NCBI GenBank assembly: GCA_963693365.1
Contig: CAVNZM010000014.1
Coordinates: 5,456,001-5,520,000 of the forward strand
From: Amoebidium appalachense
Taxonomy: Eukaryota > Protista > Ichthyosporea
Reading direction: 5' to 3'
Length of the DNA stretch: 64,000 nucleotides
This document shows, piece after piece, positions 63,240 to 64,000 of the stretch. Position 1 is the first letter of the stretch. Each line of letters begins with the position of its first letter. The notes below the pieces were generated by a model that had not been told where the DNA came from, searched no databases, and saw only the letters and a program-made list of their open reading frames with translations. The position numbers and the translations under genes were made by a program.

Positions 63240-63999
63240 TTACTCCCCCTCCTCCATCCAACTGCACTTCACAGGCCACCGCTCGAACCACCTGTTTATG
63301 TAATCGATAAACCACGCCATATCCGGAGGTGCACCTCCCTCCCTTGCTGCCTGACTGCAGAATTTGGCGTAAAACAACTTCCTCAGCTCCAACATGCGAC
63401 TCAGCCGTGCACGATCAACACTCCCCACTCCAGCAACCGATTCATATCCCTCAACTAGGTAATCCTCGAATTCTTTCGGTCTTGCCTCTGGAACGGGATC
63501 CCCTGCCGGGAGAGAACCCCCCTCTGCAAGCATAGTGGGGCCTAACATAGCCTGTGCCAGGTCGTACTCATACCACCCCAACTGGGCTTGGTCCCAGTCA
63601 AACACCGAAAGAGCCGGTCGGTCTCCATGTTTTCCCTCATGATCAACCAAGAAAAAATTCGAAGCATTGCAATCTCCATGCAGTACACCATAATGCTCCA
63701 CATCACCCACCACTGCTGTATCCTCGGGTGAGATGGGTGTCCCTGCCATGACGCGACTATGAACCTCGTCCCATTCCTGCATTCTCCCTGCAACATCCGG
63801 ATGAGCGCGTGAAAATTCACGTGAGGCGGCGTGAAGACGTGCCAACCAAGCCCCCCATGCCAACACGATTTCCTTGTCTGTCATCCAACGATAACCCAGG
63901 AAGTCGACGGGTGCACCCTCAGCCCATTTCGACACGCAAATTGTAGTTGTTGCATCACGTACAACCCATCCAAGCGATGATTTTGGGTGAACAGGCGCG
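63240..63999 (-). CDS. Aminoglycoside phosphotransferase / homoserine kinase type II-like protein; 5' end lies beyond the window
   Basis: Frame open to the window edge; WGAWLARLH, Brenner motif [30 protein letters not shown]. Confidence 0.85.
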   Translation of the reverse strand, partial: APVHPKSSLGWVVRDATTTICVSKWAEGAPVDFLGYRWMTDKEIVLAWGAWLARLHAASREFSRAHPDVAGRMQEWDEVHSRVMAGTPISPEDTAVVGDVEHYGVLHGDCNASNFFLVDHEGKHGDRPALSVFDWDQAQLGWYEYDLAQAMLGPTMLAEGGSLPAGDPVPEARPKEFEDYLVEGYESVAGVGSVDRARLSRMLELRKLFYAKFCSQAAREGGAPPDMAWFIDYINRWFERWPVKCSWMEEGE

Positions 64000-64000
64000 C

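Overview
Eukaryotic, very intron-dense DNA. The introns are packed with poly-C/poly-G, (CA)n and (CT)n tracts. The proteins look opisthokont, possibly a unicellular holozoan (inference). Six protein-coding loci were spliced by eye: (1) the 3' part of a BIG/ARFGEF Sec7-family Arf-GEF (+, <109-18605); (2) NSE1/NSMCE1 (-, 21396-27014), head-to-head with (3) RPA2 (+, 27853-32556) across a promoter with E2F and CCAAT sites; (4) a protein with seven CxH-x6-CxxC repeats (+, 36712-39438); (5) a large P-loop GTPase (dynamin/SLIP-GC-like) with a probable degenerate GREB1/TAGT-like glycosyltransferase domain and two frame lesions (-, ~41300-59393); (6) an APH/homoserine-kinase-like phosphotransferase, intronless within the window (-, 63240->64000). 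The most striking non-coding feature is a 452-bp tandem element found as five near-identical insertions, all inside poly-C tracts, with a shared 3' end, variable 5' ends and up to 2.9 head-to-tail units. Each unit carries all three hammerhead-ribozyme strands (GUU, GAAA, CUGAGGA, with stems I-III in register) in a non-canonical order, making it a candidate retrozyme-like system. Nearly all six-frame ORFs (HTHT, CVCV, PPP, GGG) are microsatellite artefacts. All coordinates and pairings were derived by hand, without alignment or folding software.
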